Origin: an uncultured Gemmatimonadales bacterium
GTDB lineage: Bacteria > Gemmatimonadota > Gemmatimonadetes > Gemmatimonadales > GWC2-71-9
Assembly: GCA_963821525.1 (NCBI GenBank)
Contig: CAWGED010000005.1
Location: forward strand, 448,001-512,000
Direction: 5' to 3'
DNA: 64,000 bases
The position numbers and the translations under genes are program-made. Numbering within the stretch: the first letter of the stretch is position 1; each line of letters opens with the position of its first letter. The notes under the pieces were generated by a model, which made no database searches, was not told where the DNA came from, and saw only the letters and a list, made by a program, of their open reading frames with translations. This document shows, piece after piece, positions 20,100 to 30,365 of this stretch.

Positions 20100-22057
20100 A
20101 CCTCGGATACCGGAATTCGTGGATCGGACTGCAATTCCAACGGCAATGCTCCAGCACCGAGGTGCGGCGTGGTAGCAGCACTTCCGCTTCCAATTGAAGC
20201 AGCGCCAGGGCCGCTTGCTCTCAACGCATTCAAGATGACCGCTACGTCAATGACTTCCTGAAGCAGCGCTCCGGCGGTTGGAGGAATGTGACCGAAGGCC
20301 GCGACCACCATCGCCGCTCCCGTCAGGCCGAGCCCCGCCCAGATGCTCTGTCGTGCGATCCCAAGGGTCCGGCGGCTGATCTCGATCGCATCCGCCAGCC
20401 GCGATGGGTCATCAGCCAGGATCACGGCATCCGCGGCCTCGGCGCTGATACCGCCACCGTGTGCAGCGAGAGCTACACCAACCGTTGCCCGGCGAAGCGC
20501 CGGGGCATCGTTGGTGCCGTCGCCCAGCATCACGACACGCCGCCTTCCCGTTCAAGCGCATCCACCACGACCAGCTTGTCTGCCGGCAAAAGGTCGGCGC
20601 GGACCTCCTGAATTCCCAGCTCTCGGGCAACCCGGTCGGCGTGAGCGATGTGGTCGCCGGTGAGCAGCATCGTGCGGTTGATTCCGAGGGCTGCCAGCCG
20701 GTCGAGCATGGCGTGAAGGTCGGGTCGAAGCCGGTCGGCGTAGTCGATGGCGCCGGCCAGCTCACCATCGACCATGACCCAGGCCCGAAGCCCGGCTCCA
20801 TCGGTTTGAGTGCAGGTTCAGCCGCCAGAGCCTGGCATGCTGCCGCATCAGGTAACTCAGGGCGCCAACCGCCACCCGATGCCCGTCGACCAATGCCGCT
20901 CACTCCCTGACCGGCCTGCTCCAACCACCTGTTGGGCCTGGCCGAGCGGGAGCGCCCGCCTGCTCCGCAGCCGTCACGACCGGGCGAGCCAGTGGATGTC
21001 CCGAACCAAGTTCGACCGACGCCGCGAGCCGCAGCACCGCTTTTCGTCGAAAGGAGCCGAACCGGTTACCCGGCGACACTGACGGATGTCCGACGGTCAG
21101 AGTGCCGGTCTTGTCGAAAACCGCGGTGGTCACACTGCCCAGTCGTTCCAGCGCCTCTCCGTGGCGCACGATGACACCGTGCCGTGCCGCCTGGTTGATC
21201 CCCCAATCATCGCCACCGGCGCAGCCAGAATGAGCGGACAAGGCGTCGCCACGACCAGCACGGCCAGGACCCGCTCGCTGTCGTGCGAGAGCAGCCACGC
21301 TGCGAGCGCAGACGAGGAGCGTGAGCGGGGTAAACCAGATCGCGTACCGGTCGGCGATGCGGAGCAGCGGCGACTTGGTCGCGCTGGCCTCTCGGACCAG
21401 TTGCACGATGCGGGCATACTGGCTTTCCCTGCGCGGTTTGGTGACCAGCGAGGACGAACGGGCTGTCCTGGTTGAGGCTGCCGCTCATCAGATGCGATCC
21501 CCAGCCTCGGCCCGGATCGGCATAGGCTCGCCGGTGAGCCGCGAGGCATCGACGTGAGGAATGCCCGGACTCCACGACGTTCCATCGCAGGGAACCATCT
21601 CTCCGGGGCGTACCAGCAGGCGATCCCCACCGAAACCGCCTCGGCCGTAATGTCCTCGACTCGTTCCCCGGTCAGACGGTGGGCCATCCGCGGCGCTGCG
21701 GCTTCGAGCTCCCGGACCGCCTCCGAGGCTCGGCCCGCCGCGTATCAGTTCCAGCGCCTCTCCGCCGGTCTGCATAAGGACCACGACCAGAGCCCGGAAG
21801 CGGCTGGTCGAGCAGCAGCGCCGTGACGATGGCCAGCATCGCCACGAGGTCCGCGGCGAAGCGGCCGGCGACGCATGCCTCGAATAGTGCGCCAGACCAC
21901 GCGGCAGGCCGGTAACGCAGCAAGCCCCGCCAGCCAGACGAGTGGGCCTGAGAAGCCAACGGCCCGGCGCGGAGCGCCAGGCCGGTCACGATGAAGAGGA
22001 GAGTAGTGAGAGGAAGGGCGGCAGCGCGGATGGCAGGTTGCGCTGGTCAGCGCTCAC
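20100..22057 (-). CDS. Heavy-metal P1B-type ATPase, P1B-5-like (many frameshifts)
   Basis: Fragments contain LTGEP, VATPCPLILAAP, FDKTGTLT, SGHPLA, MLLTGD, GDGTNDAPAL, LLQEVID. Confidence 0.85.
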
Positions 22058-22764
22058 GGCAGGGAACCCCCTTGGCCGGCGCCGTTGGAACCGGCCGTGC
22101 CGGAGACAGAATCCGACACCCGCGCACTGTCTGGATCAGGTTCTCACCGGTCGCCTTCTGAAGCTTCCGCCGCACGATTCCCGACGTGCACATCAACCAC
22201 GTTGCTCTCCGGATCGAAGTGCATGTCCCAGACCTTCTCCAGCAGCGTGGTCCGTCGGACGACCTGCTCCGGATGCAGGAGGAAGAACTCGACGATCTGG
22301 AATTCCTTTGCCGTGAGGTCGAGTGGCTTGTCATCGACCAGGCAGACGTGGCGTAACCGGTCGAGGGTGAGGCTACTATACCGCAGCATCTCCATTCGCT
22401 CCGCACCGCCCCGGCGAACCAGGGCCCGGATCCGCGCCAGCAACTCGTCGAACCGGAACGGCTTCGCCAGGTAGTCGTCGGCACCGGCGTCCAGCCCGCG
22501 GACCACGTCCTCCACCGCGTCGCGAGACGTCAGCATGAGGATCGGAGTGGTGCGGCCCTCCCGCCTCAGCTCCAGGGCGACCTGGAATCCGTTCTTCTTG
22601 GGGAGCACCACGTCCAGCAGGATGACATCGTACTCGTACACATGAGCCAAGGTCCCGGCCTCTTCGCCATCGGCCGCGATATCCACTACATAGCCCTCTT
22701 CCTTCAGGCCCTGCTCGATGAACCCGGCGACCTTCCGGTCGTCCTCCACGACGAGAATTTTCAT
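22054..22764 (-). CDS. OmpR-family response regulator
   Basis: MKILVVEDD, LLDVVLP, GADDYLAKPF, LTAKEF, NVVDVHV, IQTVRG; frameshift in the C-terminus. Confidence 0.92.
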
Positions 22765-22823
22765 GGTCTGCAGACCTAGCCCACCTTCGATGAACTGGCC
22801 TCTCAACGATTCATGAAGATGCT

Positions 22824-24067
22824 TTAATCTTGTCCCTTTGCGGTTGGAGGGGAAGATCGAGGATGAAATAGCCCCCGCCGGGTCGCGTGCCACCGCCTTG
22901 AAGCTCCCCGCCCAGTAGCCGGGCAAGCCGGCGCGAAAGGGGGAGCCCGAGGCCACTTCCCTTTCCTTCCTCCCCCGCCTGTTGTCGTGTAAATGTCGAA
23001 GATCTGTTCTTCACTCCCGGCGTCGATCCCGGGACCCTGATCCGCGATCCCGATTCGCGCCATCGCGTCCGCTGTTCCGACGCCGACCTGGATCTTGCTT
23101 CCCTCCGGAGTGTGGCGGACCGCGTTGCCAAGGAGGTTGACCAGGATTTGCTCGACTCGGTGCGGGTCAGTCTGGCACAGTGGCATCTCTGGCTCGACCT
23201 CGGCAATCAGCTCCACGTTCTTCGCCTGCGCGGCGGGGGTCATCCGGGCCAGTGCGTGACGTACCACGATCCCGCAGTCCACTTCCCGCATGACGGGCTT
23301 CAGTCGGTCCTCGTCCAGCCGACTCAGATCGAGCAGATCGTTGATCAGACCAATCGCCTGTTCCGCCGAGTCCAGGACCTCGAAGGCGGCCCGGGGCACC
23401 GTCTGGGGGTCCTTCTTGCGGGTGAGCATCTCGGCCCAGCCGTAGACCGCGGCCAGTGCATTGCGCAGTTCGTGGTTCACCATCGCGAAGAAGCGCTCCC
23501 GCGAGCGATGCAGCCGCTGCACCTCCTCCAATAGCCGAGCACTGTCCTCATGCAGCCGGGCGTTCTCGATCGCCGCCGAGACCTTCGCAGGCCAGCAGGA
23601 TTGCCAGGTGTTCGTCCTCGGCGCGTGAACTCCGCGGCGCCCAGCTTCTCGGTGAGGTACAAGTCTCCCAGCACGCCGCGCTTGCCCAAAATGGGCACGC
23701 CCAGGAACGAGTGCATGGGAGGGTGGTTGGGCGGGAAGCCGTAACTCGCCGGATGTTGCATGAGGTCAGCCATCCGGACGCTGCGCCCCTCATGGATCAC
23801 CAGGCCGAGAATCCCGAGACCCTTCGGCAGTGTGCCGATCCGGGCTCGTTCTTCCGCGGTCATTCCGTGGACCGTGAAGTCTCGAGGGTCCGGCCGTCGA
23901 GGGCTCAGCATGCCGACCGCGGCATAGCGGGCTCCGATCGTCTCGGCGGCGAGGTCCGCGGCCCTCTGCAGCACCCCCTCCAGGCTCACTTCCGAAATCA
24001 GTTCCGGTGTCGCTTGCGCCAGGCGCTCCAGTCGGTCCGACAATGAGATAGGAGGGGAATCGGCCAT
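22824..24067 (-). CDS. GAF-sensor histidine kinase with DosS-like GAF and HisKA/HATPase (frameshifted)
   Basis: GAF: LPKGLGILG...HPASYGFPPNHPPMHSFLGVPI...DLYLT; kinase: NHELRN, NLLGNAVRH, DQGPGI, GSGLGL. Confidence 0.88.
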
Positions 24068-24146
24068 GGGATAATTGTACACAATTTCACGGAGTCTTCA
24101 CCTCCGCCTGGCTAACCTGAGTTCGGAACCTTGTGGAGGAGACTTC

Positions 24147-24992
24147 GTGCAACTGGATCACATCGTCGCGGCGGTCGATCAATCCGAAGAGGGTCGGTCC
24201 GCGCTTCAGGCTGCACTGAGGCTGGGCAGGCACTCAAGCGGGAAGGTGACGGCGCTGAGTATCGAGCCACCTTCCTCGGAGCGCTCTGGGTCAGGTGAGC
24301 GAGCCGATCCCGACGGTGTTGGACTCCGGCCGGGGAGGCGTCCCGAAGAGTGTCGGGATCATAGCAGTGCAGTCCGTTCGGGGCCTCCGGGTGTGGAGAT
24401 CGGGCGGTTTGCGGAAGACGAGGAAGCCGGGCTCGTCGTCCTGGGGAGGAAACGACGCTCAATGACGCAACGCCTTCTGCTCGGTGACACCGCCGACGAA
24501 GCGGTACGACGGAGCCATGTGCCATGCCTCCGGTACGGGCTGGGTCGGATCATGAGTTCACCTCGGTGCTCGCCGCGCTGGATGGAACCGCGAGGGGGAT
24601 AGCCGTGCTGCTCGCGGCCCTGGACCTGAGCCGCTGCACCGGCAGCCGCCTCAGGGTGCTGACGGTCGAGCCGTCCATGGACGGTAAAGCCAAGCGCGAG
24701 CTGTCGCCATCCACCCGGAGCGTGCGCCTCGCCGAGTCGGTAGACAGGATCCGAATCGACGACGACGGCGGTGCATCCTGGGATCCGGCCGGGTCAATTC
24801 GGTGACTCGCCCCTCGTGATTCGGCACGGACAGGTGGTTGAAGAGATTCTCGCCGAGGTGACAACGTCCGGCGCCGACCTCCTGGTGATCGGCTACCATC
24901 GCGGCGGACCCGCCGGGGTTATCGAGGCCGGCAGCATCGCCCGACGGGTACTGCATCAGGCCGAATGCGCCGTTCTCACGGTGCCGCTGTAA
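24147..24992 (+). CDS. Universal stress protein, tandem domains (frameshifted)
   Basis: IVAAVDQS, LVVLG...LLGDTA, DLLVIG...GSIARRVL. Confidence 0.82.
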
Positions 24993-25012
24993 GGGCAGAG
25001 GGAGAGGATCCC

Positions 25013-25222
25013 ATGGAACGAAATGAATGCTGGCCAGACCGGATCACCCGTTTCATCGCAGGCGTGATGCTGTTGGGCCTTTACGGCGCCTTGGCAGCGC
25101 CGTGGAAGTACCTGACTCTGACCGGACTGGTGTTGATCGCCACCGCCATGACCGGTTACTGCCCGCTCTATTCGCTGGTTGGATTCAGGACCTGCAAGAG
25201 ACAGGAAGGAGCGCATCCATGA
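25013..25222 (+). CDS. DUF2892/YgaP-like small membrane protein
   Basis: N..DRITR...TGYCPLYSLVGFRTC. Confidence 0.85.
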   Translation: MERNECWPDRITRFIAGVMLLGLYGALAAPWKYLTLTGLVLIATAMTGYCPLYSLVGFRTCKRQEGAHP

Positions 25223-26321
25223 ACGACACACTGCTCGAATCATGGGCCGAGGCGATCGATGAGTTCCCGATCAGTGGCACGCCTTCGGAGCAATTGAGCG
25301 CCGCCGCTCGCCACGCGACCCTGGCCCCTTCGACTCATAACACGCAGCCTTGGCTTTTCCGGGTCAGCGGCTCGACGCTGGACCTCTACGCCGATCGCTC
25401 CCGGGTGCAGCCCATTGTGGATCCGGACCAGCGCGAGCTCACTATCAGCTGCGGGGCCGCGCTCTACATCATTCGGCTCACGCTTGCCCGGTTCGGCCGC
25501 GATTCGCGCTGCACCCTGCTGCCGGACCCGAGGGACCCGGATCTTCTGGCTCGGGTGACCCTCGACGGCCTGCTGGAACCCGACCTGCGGCACCAACGCC
25601 TTTACGACGCGATTTCGACACGGCGGACGAACCGGCATCCCTTTGCGGAGCGCCCCATCCCCGTGCCGGTCCTCGCGAAGGCATCGCGGCGGTCGAAGCG
25701 CAAGGAGCGCGTATTCAGCTGGTGCTTGACCAGCCGTTGTTCGGCGGTATCGCCCAGCTGGTGGCAGAGGCGGACCGGGCTCAGATGGCGGATGCCGCAT
25801 TTCGGGAGGAGCTGGCGCAGTCCATCCACGCCAATCGAAGCCACAAGCGTGACGGCATGCCGGGGAATGTCTTTGGTATGGGCGGCCTCGCCTCCGCCGT
25901 GGCCCCGACGGTGGTCCGCAAGTTCGACCTGGGACTGGGGACGGCCCGGCGCGACGTGGCACTGGTTGCAGAATCGCCTGCTTTGGCTGTGATCTGGACC
26001 CGAGGGGACACCAGGCGGCATTGGATCCGGGCAGGACAGGCACTCGTCGCGCTGCTGCTCAACCTGCAGGCCGACGGCGTCGCGGCCTCCTTCCTCAACC
26101 AACCGCTGCAGGTCGGTCCGCTGCGCGAACGGCTCCGTGCCCTGATCGCCTGCCCGGGATCCCCCCAGCTGATCCTGCGGTTGGGCTACGCTCCCGAGGT
26201 CGCACCTACGCCTCGGCGAGACCCCAGTGACGTCGTCGTCAATCTGACGCCGCGCGAAGAAACTCACCGGTCTTCTGGTAATCCACTCGCCGGCGCGGCC
26301 GGTTCGCCTGAGGAGGCATGA
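25219..26321 (+). CDS. Acg-family nitroreductase-like FMN-binding protein (frameshift near 25680)
   Basis: APSTHNTQPW, DPDQRELTISCGAAL, RRTNR, WIRAGQAL, PQLILRLGY. Confidence 0.88.
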
Positions 26322-27313
26322 TCATGGGCACCTATCACTCAATCCTGGTTCCCCTCGATGGCAGCGAATTCGGGGAACGGGCGATCCCGCTCGCGGTTGA
26401 CCTGGCGCGACGAAACAACGCCCGCCTTGAGCTCGCGCTGGTACATCAACCTCTCCAATCATTTGCCACCGCGATGGAGATGCCGGAGGTGGGAGCCGAG
26501 TACGAAAACGAAGCCCGGCGCCGGGAACAGGAGTATCTCGACCAGACGACGCAGCGCCTCGCGAGCAGGCACAACATTCCAGTGAGCTCGAGACTGTTGC
26601 AGGGCTCCGTGGCCGAGACTCTTGAATCGCATGCGCAGGTTTCGGCAATTGACCTGGTCGTGATGAGCACGCATGGCCGTGGCGCCATGGGCCGCTTCTG
26701 GCTGGGCAGCGTCGCCGATCGACTGATCCGCCGCCTGCACATTCCGGTGCTGGTCGTGCGTCCCAGCTGGCAGGAGGACATGCCAGACGCCGAGATCAAA
26801 CGGATTCTTGTGCCGCTCGACGGCTCACCCCTCGCCGAGGCTATTCTGGAGGATGCGGTTCGCTTCGGAGGCGATGAGGCGGAATACCTGCTCGTTTCGG
26901 TGGTCGTGCCACCCGTCCCACTGTTGGACATGGTGCCGGTCACTGGTATGCCCGACACCTCGGCGCTGGTTCCCGGATTGATGAAAGCCGCGGAAGGCTA
27001 CTTGGACAGAATCGCAGAGCGTCTCCGCAGCGAAGGCCGGCGCGTTTCTGCCCATACCGTGCTCGCGGATCGGGTCCATGAGGGGCTTCTGGAACAGGCC
27101 AACCTGTTCGGCGCCGACCTCATCACCATCGCAACCCATGGCGCCGGTGGCATCAAGCGCTTCGCGATCGGCAGCGTGACTGAGAAGATTGTGCGCGGAA
27201 CTCCTTGCCCAGTGCTGGTCCTGACGCCTCAACCCGGAAGCCTGAAGCCCCGGCCGATGCCGGCGACCGAGAGTGAGGGGGAGCCCGTGACTTGCTGTTC
27301 GGTGCGGGTGTAG
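26318..27313 (+). CDS. Universal stress protein, tandem domains
   Basis: ILVPLDGS twice; DLVVMSTHGRG...GSVA; THG...GSVTEKI. Confidence 0.93.
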   Translation: MIMGTYHSILVPLDGSEFGERAIPLAVDLARRNNARLELALVHQPLQSFATAMEMPEVGAEYENEARRREQEYLDQTTQRLASRHNIPVSSRLLQGSVAETLESHAQVSAIDLVVMSTHGRGAMGRFWLGSVADRLIRRLHIPVLVVRPSWQEDMPDAEIKRILVPLDGSPLAEAILEDAVRFGGDEAEYLLVSVVVPPVPLLDMVPVTGMPDTSALVPGLMKAAEGYLDRIAERLRSEGRRVSAHTVLADRVHEGLLEQANLFGADLITIATHGAGGIKRFAIGSVTEKIVRGTPCPVLVLTPQPGSLKPRPMPATESEGEPVTCCSVRV

Positions 27314-27359
27314 GAAGGGCATTAGGACCGGCAGCGGGTCGCCGTTCATTGATAATGAA

Positions 27360-27397
27360 GGGGTCGCCAGGGGCAGTTCTCTGGCGACCCCGTTTTT
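27360..27397 (+). terminator. Rho-independent terminator
   Basis: GGGGTCGCCAG / CTGGCGACCCC stem followed by GTTTTT. Confidence 0.75.
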
Positions 27398-27459
27398 CCT
27401 GCCCGGTCAAGCGGTTTTCGGATGCCGAGGTCGGAAGAGCCCGTAGTGACCTTAGGTCC

Positions 27460-27702
27460 ATGTCTCGGACCTGTCGTGTGCTGCGGCTCCAGGGCTCGGC
27501 TTCGGACATCGTCACCTTCGAGCCGCTGAAGGCCCGATTTCCCGGAGCCCGTCTTACACCGGTGGGTGTCGATGTGCCGCTCGATTCTCAGGGTCCGGAA
27601 GAAATCCTCGCCGCATGCTGTGCCGAAGGAGTCAGGGTCCTGGGCAGCGTGGTGCTCCCCGCCTTCAATGATTCGCTGCTACAGCTAACTGCTAACAGCT
27701 AA
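27460..27702 (+). CDS. Small hypothetical protein
   Basis: ATG 27460 MSRTCRVLRLQG...; fills the gap before mscS. Confidence 0.45.
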   Translation: MSRTCRVLRLQGSASDIVTFEPLKARFPGARLTPVGVDVPLDSQGPEEILAACCAEGVRVLGSVVLPAFNDSLLQLTANS

Positions 27703-27731
27703 CAGCTAACGCTGACGGCTGAACTGACGGC
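27678..27731. repeat. Degenerate heptamer tandem repeat (GCTAACA / GCTGACG)
   Basis: gctaact-gctaaca-gctaaca-gctaac-gctgacg-gctgaa-ctgacgg. Confidence 0.8.
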
Positions 27732-27777
27732 CAGCCTGCGGGTTGAAGGCCGCCGTGGGTGTCCCTACGTTTCGGCC

Positions 27778-28809
27778 GTGTCGATCTTCGCATTCCCCGA
27801 GAGCCTTCGGCAGCTCGCCGAGTTTCTCCGCCTCGACGCGGCGGAGCTGGTGCGGAAGCTGTCCCAGGTCGTGGTCATTTGGCTCCTGGCCTTCGGCGCC
27901 TGGCGTCTCGTCCGCCTCATCTCCAGACGGATCGTCAAGGCCGTAGATGACGGCGACGACGCGGCGTTCACCGAACGGGAGCAACGCGGCTACACCATCG
28001 CTCAGTTGCTGAGGAGCCTCGGCGTGGCTGTTATCCTCGGGGTCTCGATCCTCCTGAGTCTCAACGTCTTCGTGAACATCGGCCCATTGCTGGCGGGCGC
28101 CGGCATTCTGGGCTTGGCCATTTCCTTCGGTGCCCAGAGCCTGGTCAAGGACATAATCACCGGATTCTTTTTCCTTTTTGAGGGCCAGTTCGCCGTGGGC
28201 GATGTGATCGAAGTAGCGGGCAGGTCAGGTGTCGTCGAAAGAATGACCCTGCGGGTCGTCATGCTGCGCGACGCAAATGGCGTCTTGCACATAGTCCCCA
28301 ACGGCCAGGTCACCACCGTGAGCAACATGACTCGCACCTGGTCGAGGGCCGTGGTGGACGTCGGGGTGGCGTACGGCACCGACGTAGACAAGGCGCTCGA
28401 AGTCTTTCGGGACGAGGCCAATCGGTTCGCCAAGGACGAGCACTGGGCGTCGAGGTTCGACGGCGATCCTGAGGTGGTCGGTGTCAACTCGCTCGATGAG
28501 AGCCAGATCACGATCCGGACCCAGTTCCGCACCCATGCCGGACAGCAGTGGGCAGTAGGACGGGAATTTCGCCGCCGCATCCTGAGTCGGCTGGCGCATG
28601 AGGGGATAGAGATTCCCTTCCCCGCCCGCAGCGTGAACCTTCGCATTGCGGACGCCAAGGCGCTTGCCAAGGCGATGGGGCAGGGTGGCGATGGTGAACC
28701 CGAGGCTCCCCCCGAATCAGCCGAGCAACCGGAACCCCCGGCAGCCGAGCTACCGGAACCCCCGACAGGCGAGACCGTGGAACCGGCGGCGCCTACGTCT
28801 CACGACTGA
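27778..28809 (+). CDS. Small-conductance mechanosensitive channel (YbiO-like MscS)
   Basis: LLAGAGILGLAISFGAQSLVKD, QFAVGDVI, GVLHIVPNG, GIEIPFP. Confidence 0.92.
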   Translation: MSIFAFPESLRQLAEFLRLDAAELVRKLSQVVVIWLLAFGAWRLVRLISRRIVKAVDDGDDAAFTEREQRGYTIAQLLRSLGVAVILGVSILLSLNVFVNIGPLLAGAGILGLAISFGAQSLVKDIITGFFFLFEGQFAVGDVIEVAGRSGVVERMTLRVVMLRDANGVLHIVPNGQVTTVSNMTRTWSRAVVDVGVAYGTDVDKALEVFRDEANRFAKDEHWASRFDGDPEVVGVNSLDESQITIRTQFRTHAGQQWAVGREFRRRILSRLAHEGIEIPFPARSVNLRIADAKALAKAMGQGGDGEPEAPPESAEQPEPPAAELPEPPTGETVEPAAPTSHD

Positions 28810-28820
28810 GCTCCAGCTCC

Positions 28821-30285
28821 ATGGCCCTCCGCCTCTACAACACCCTCACCCAGCGGGTGGAACCCTTCGAGCCGATCCGGCCGGGCCATGCTACGCTCTA
28901 CACCTGCGGGCCGACGATCTGGAACTACGCCCACATCGGGAACTTCCGGACCTTTCTCTTCGAGGATCTGTTGCGTCGCTGGCTGATCGCCAGCGGCTTC
29001 AAGGTCCTCCAGATCATGAACCTCACCGACGTGGATGACCGGATCATCCGCGAAGCCTCGGCGAAGGGCGTCGCAATCGGGGACTTCACTGCTCCGTATG
29101 CCGAGGCCTTTCAGCAGGACCGGAAATGGCTTCGGATCCAGGACGCGGAGGAATACCCGCGCGCCACCGGGTTCATTGCGCCCATGATCGAGCTGGTTGA
29201 GGGCCTGCTCGCCAAGGGCGTCGCATATAAAGGAGAGGACGGCTCGGTCTATTTCGCGATTGCCCGCTTTCCGGCCTATGGGAAACTGTCCCAGCTGGAT
29301 AAGCGCCAATTGAAGACCGGTGCCAGCGGCAGGGTCTCCTCCGATGAGTATGACAAGGAGAACGCCCAGGACTTTGTCTTATGGAAAGCGGCGAAGCCGG
29401 AGGATGAAGCCGTCGGAGCAGCATGGGATGCGCCGTTCGGCCGCGGCCGGCCGGGATGGCACCTCGAGTGCTCGGCCATGGCGCTGGCACTCCTCAAGCA
29501 GCACGGCGCCGGGGACGTACTCGATATCCATGCCGGCGGAGTGGACCTGATCTTTCCCCATCACGAGGATGAGATCGCGCAGAGCTGCGCCTTTACCGGG
29601 CAGCCGTATTTCGCGCGCTACTGGCTGCACGGAGAGTTTCTGAATATCCGCGGCACCAAGATGTCGAAGCGCTTTGGGAACATCACGACCCCTCGGGACC
29701 TGCGGGAGGACGGGGTGGATCCGGGCGCGGTTCGACTGTTGGTCTTCCAGGCTCACTATCGCCAGAAGATGGATCTGACCGACGAGTCGCTCGCGATGGC
29801 CCGGGAGAGCGCGCGGCGCCTGGGGGAATTCGATGGGCGGTTTCGCGCCGCAGGCGCCGACGGGGAGCAGTGGTAGGATGGGGCCGAGGTGACGGTGATG
29901 ATCTCAATGCCCCCCGGGCCATCGCCGCTTTGTTCGACGCCACGCGCGAAGGAAATCGCCTTCTGGACAACGCGAGACTCCGACTCCCGCCGCCCTCGCC
30001 GCTTGGGAAAGGTTCCGACGTCTTCGACCCCTTCCCGGCGGTTCGGGAGCAGTGCGGGTGGACTTTCGATTGGAGGGCGCGGGGATCGTAACCTCGCTGT
30101 CCTCAACACCACCAGATGACGGCGAACAGGCGACCGCCTGGGCCCGGTCTTGGGCCGCAGCCCGGATCTCTGCGAAGAAGGCGAAGAATTTTGCCGAGGC
30201 GGATCGGATCCGCGCCATGCTTAAACAGCACGGCTTCGAGATCCGGGATGGGAAGGACGGCTCGGTAGAGGTAAGGCGGATGTAA
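28821..30285 (+). CDS. cysS: Cysteinyl-tRNA synthetase (frameshifts in the 3' part)
   Basis: YTCGPT, HIGN, GRPGWHLECS, DIHAGGVDLIFPHHEDE, KMSK, DDLNAPRA, ADRIRAML...IRD. Confidence 0.95.
30068..30285 (+). repeat. cysS 3' end, copy 1 (left boundary of the insert)
   Basis: Aligns with 39565-39783; shared exact 26-mer AAACAGCACGGCTTCGAGATCCGGGA at 30223-30248. Confidence 0.88.
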
Positions 30286-30365
30286 ATCGTCGGCACTGCT
30301 CCTCTAAAACAAAAGCGCCCGCACCCTTGTGAGAGCTGCGGGCACCGTTGGGTCGAGCTCGGGCA

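Noticed and set aside
19493..20533. P1B ATPase-cytochrome c fusion ORF
   Set aside because: The cytochrome has its own GGAGG RBS and signal peptide, and the region is indel-rich; probably a lost stop
28690..28805. Pro/Glu-rich repeats at the MscS C-terminus
   Set aside because: Ordinary low-complexity tail
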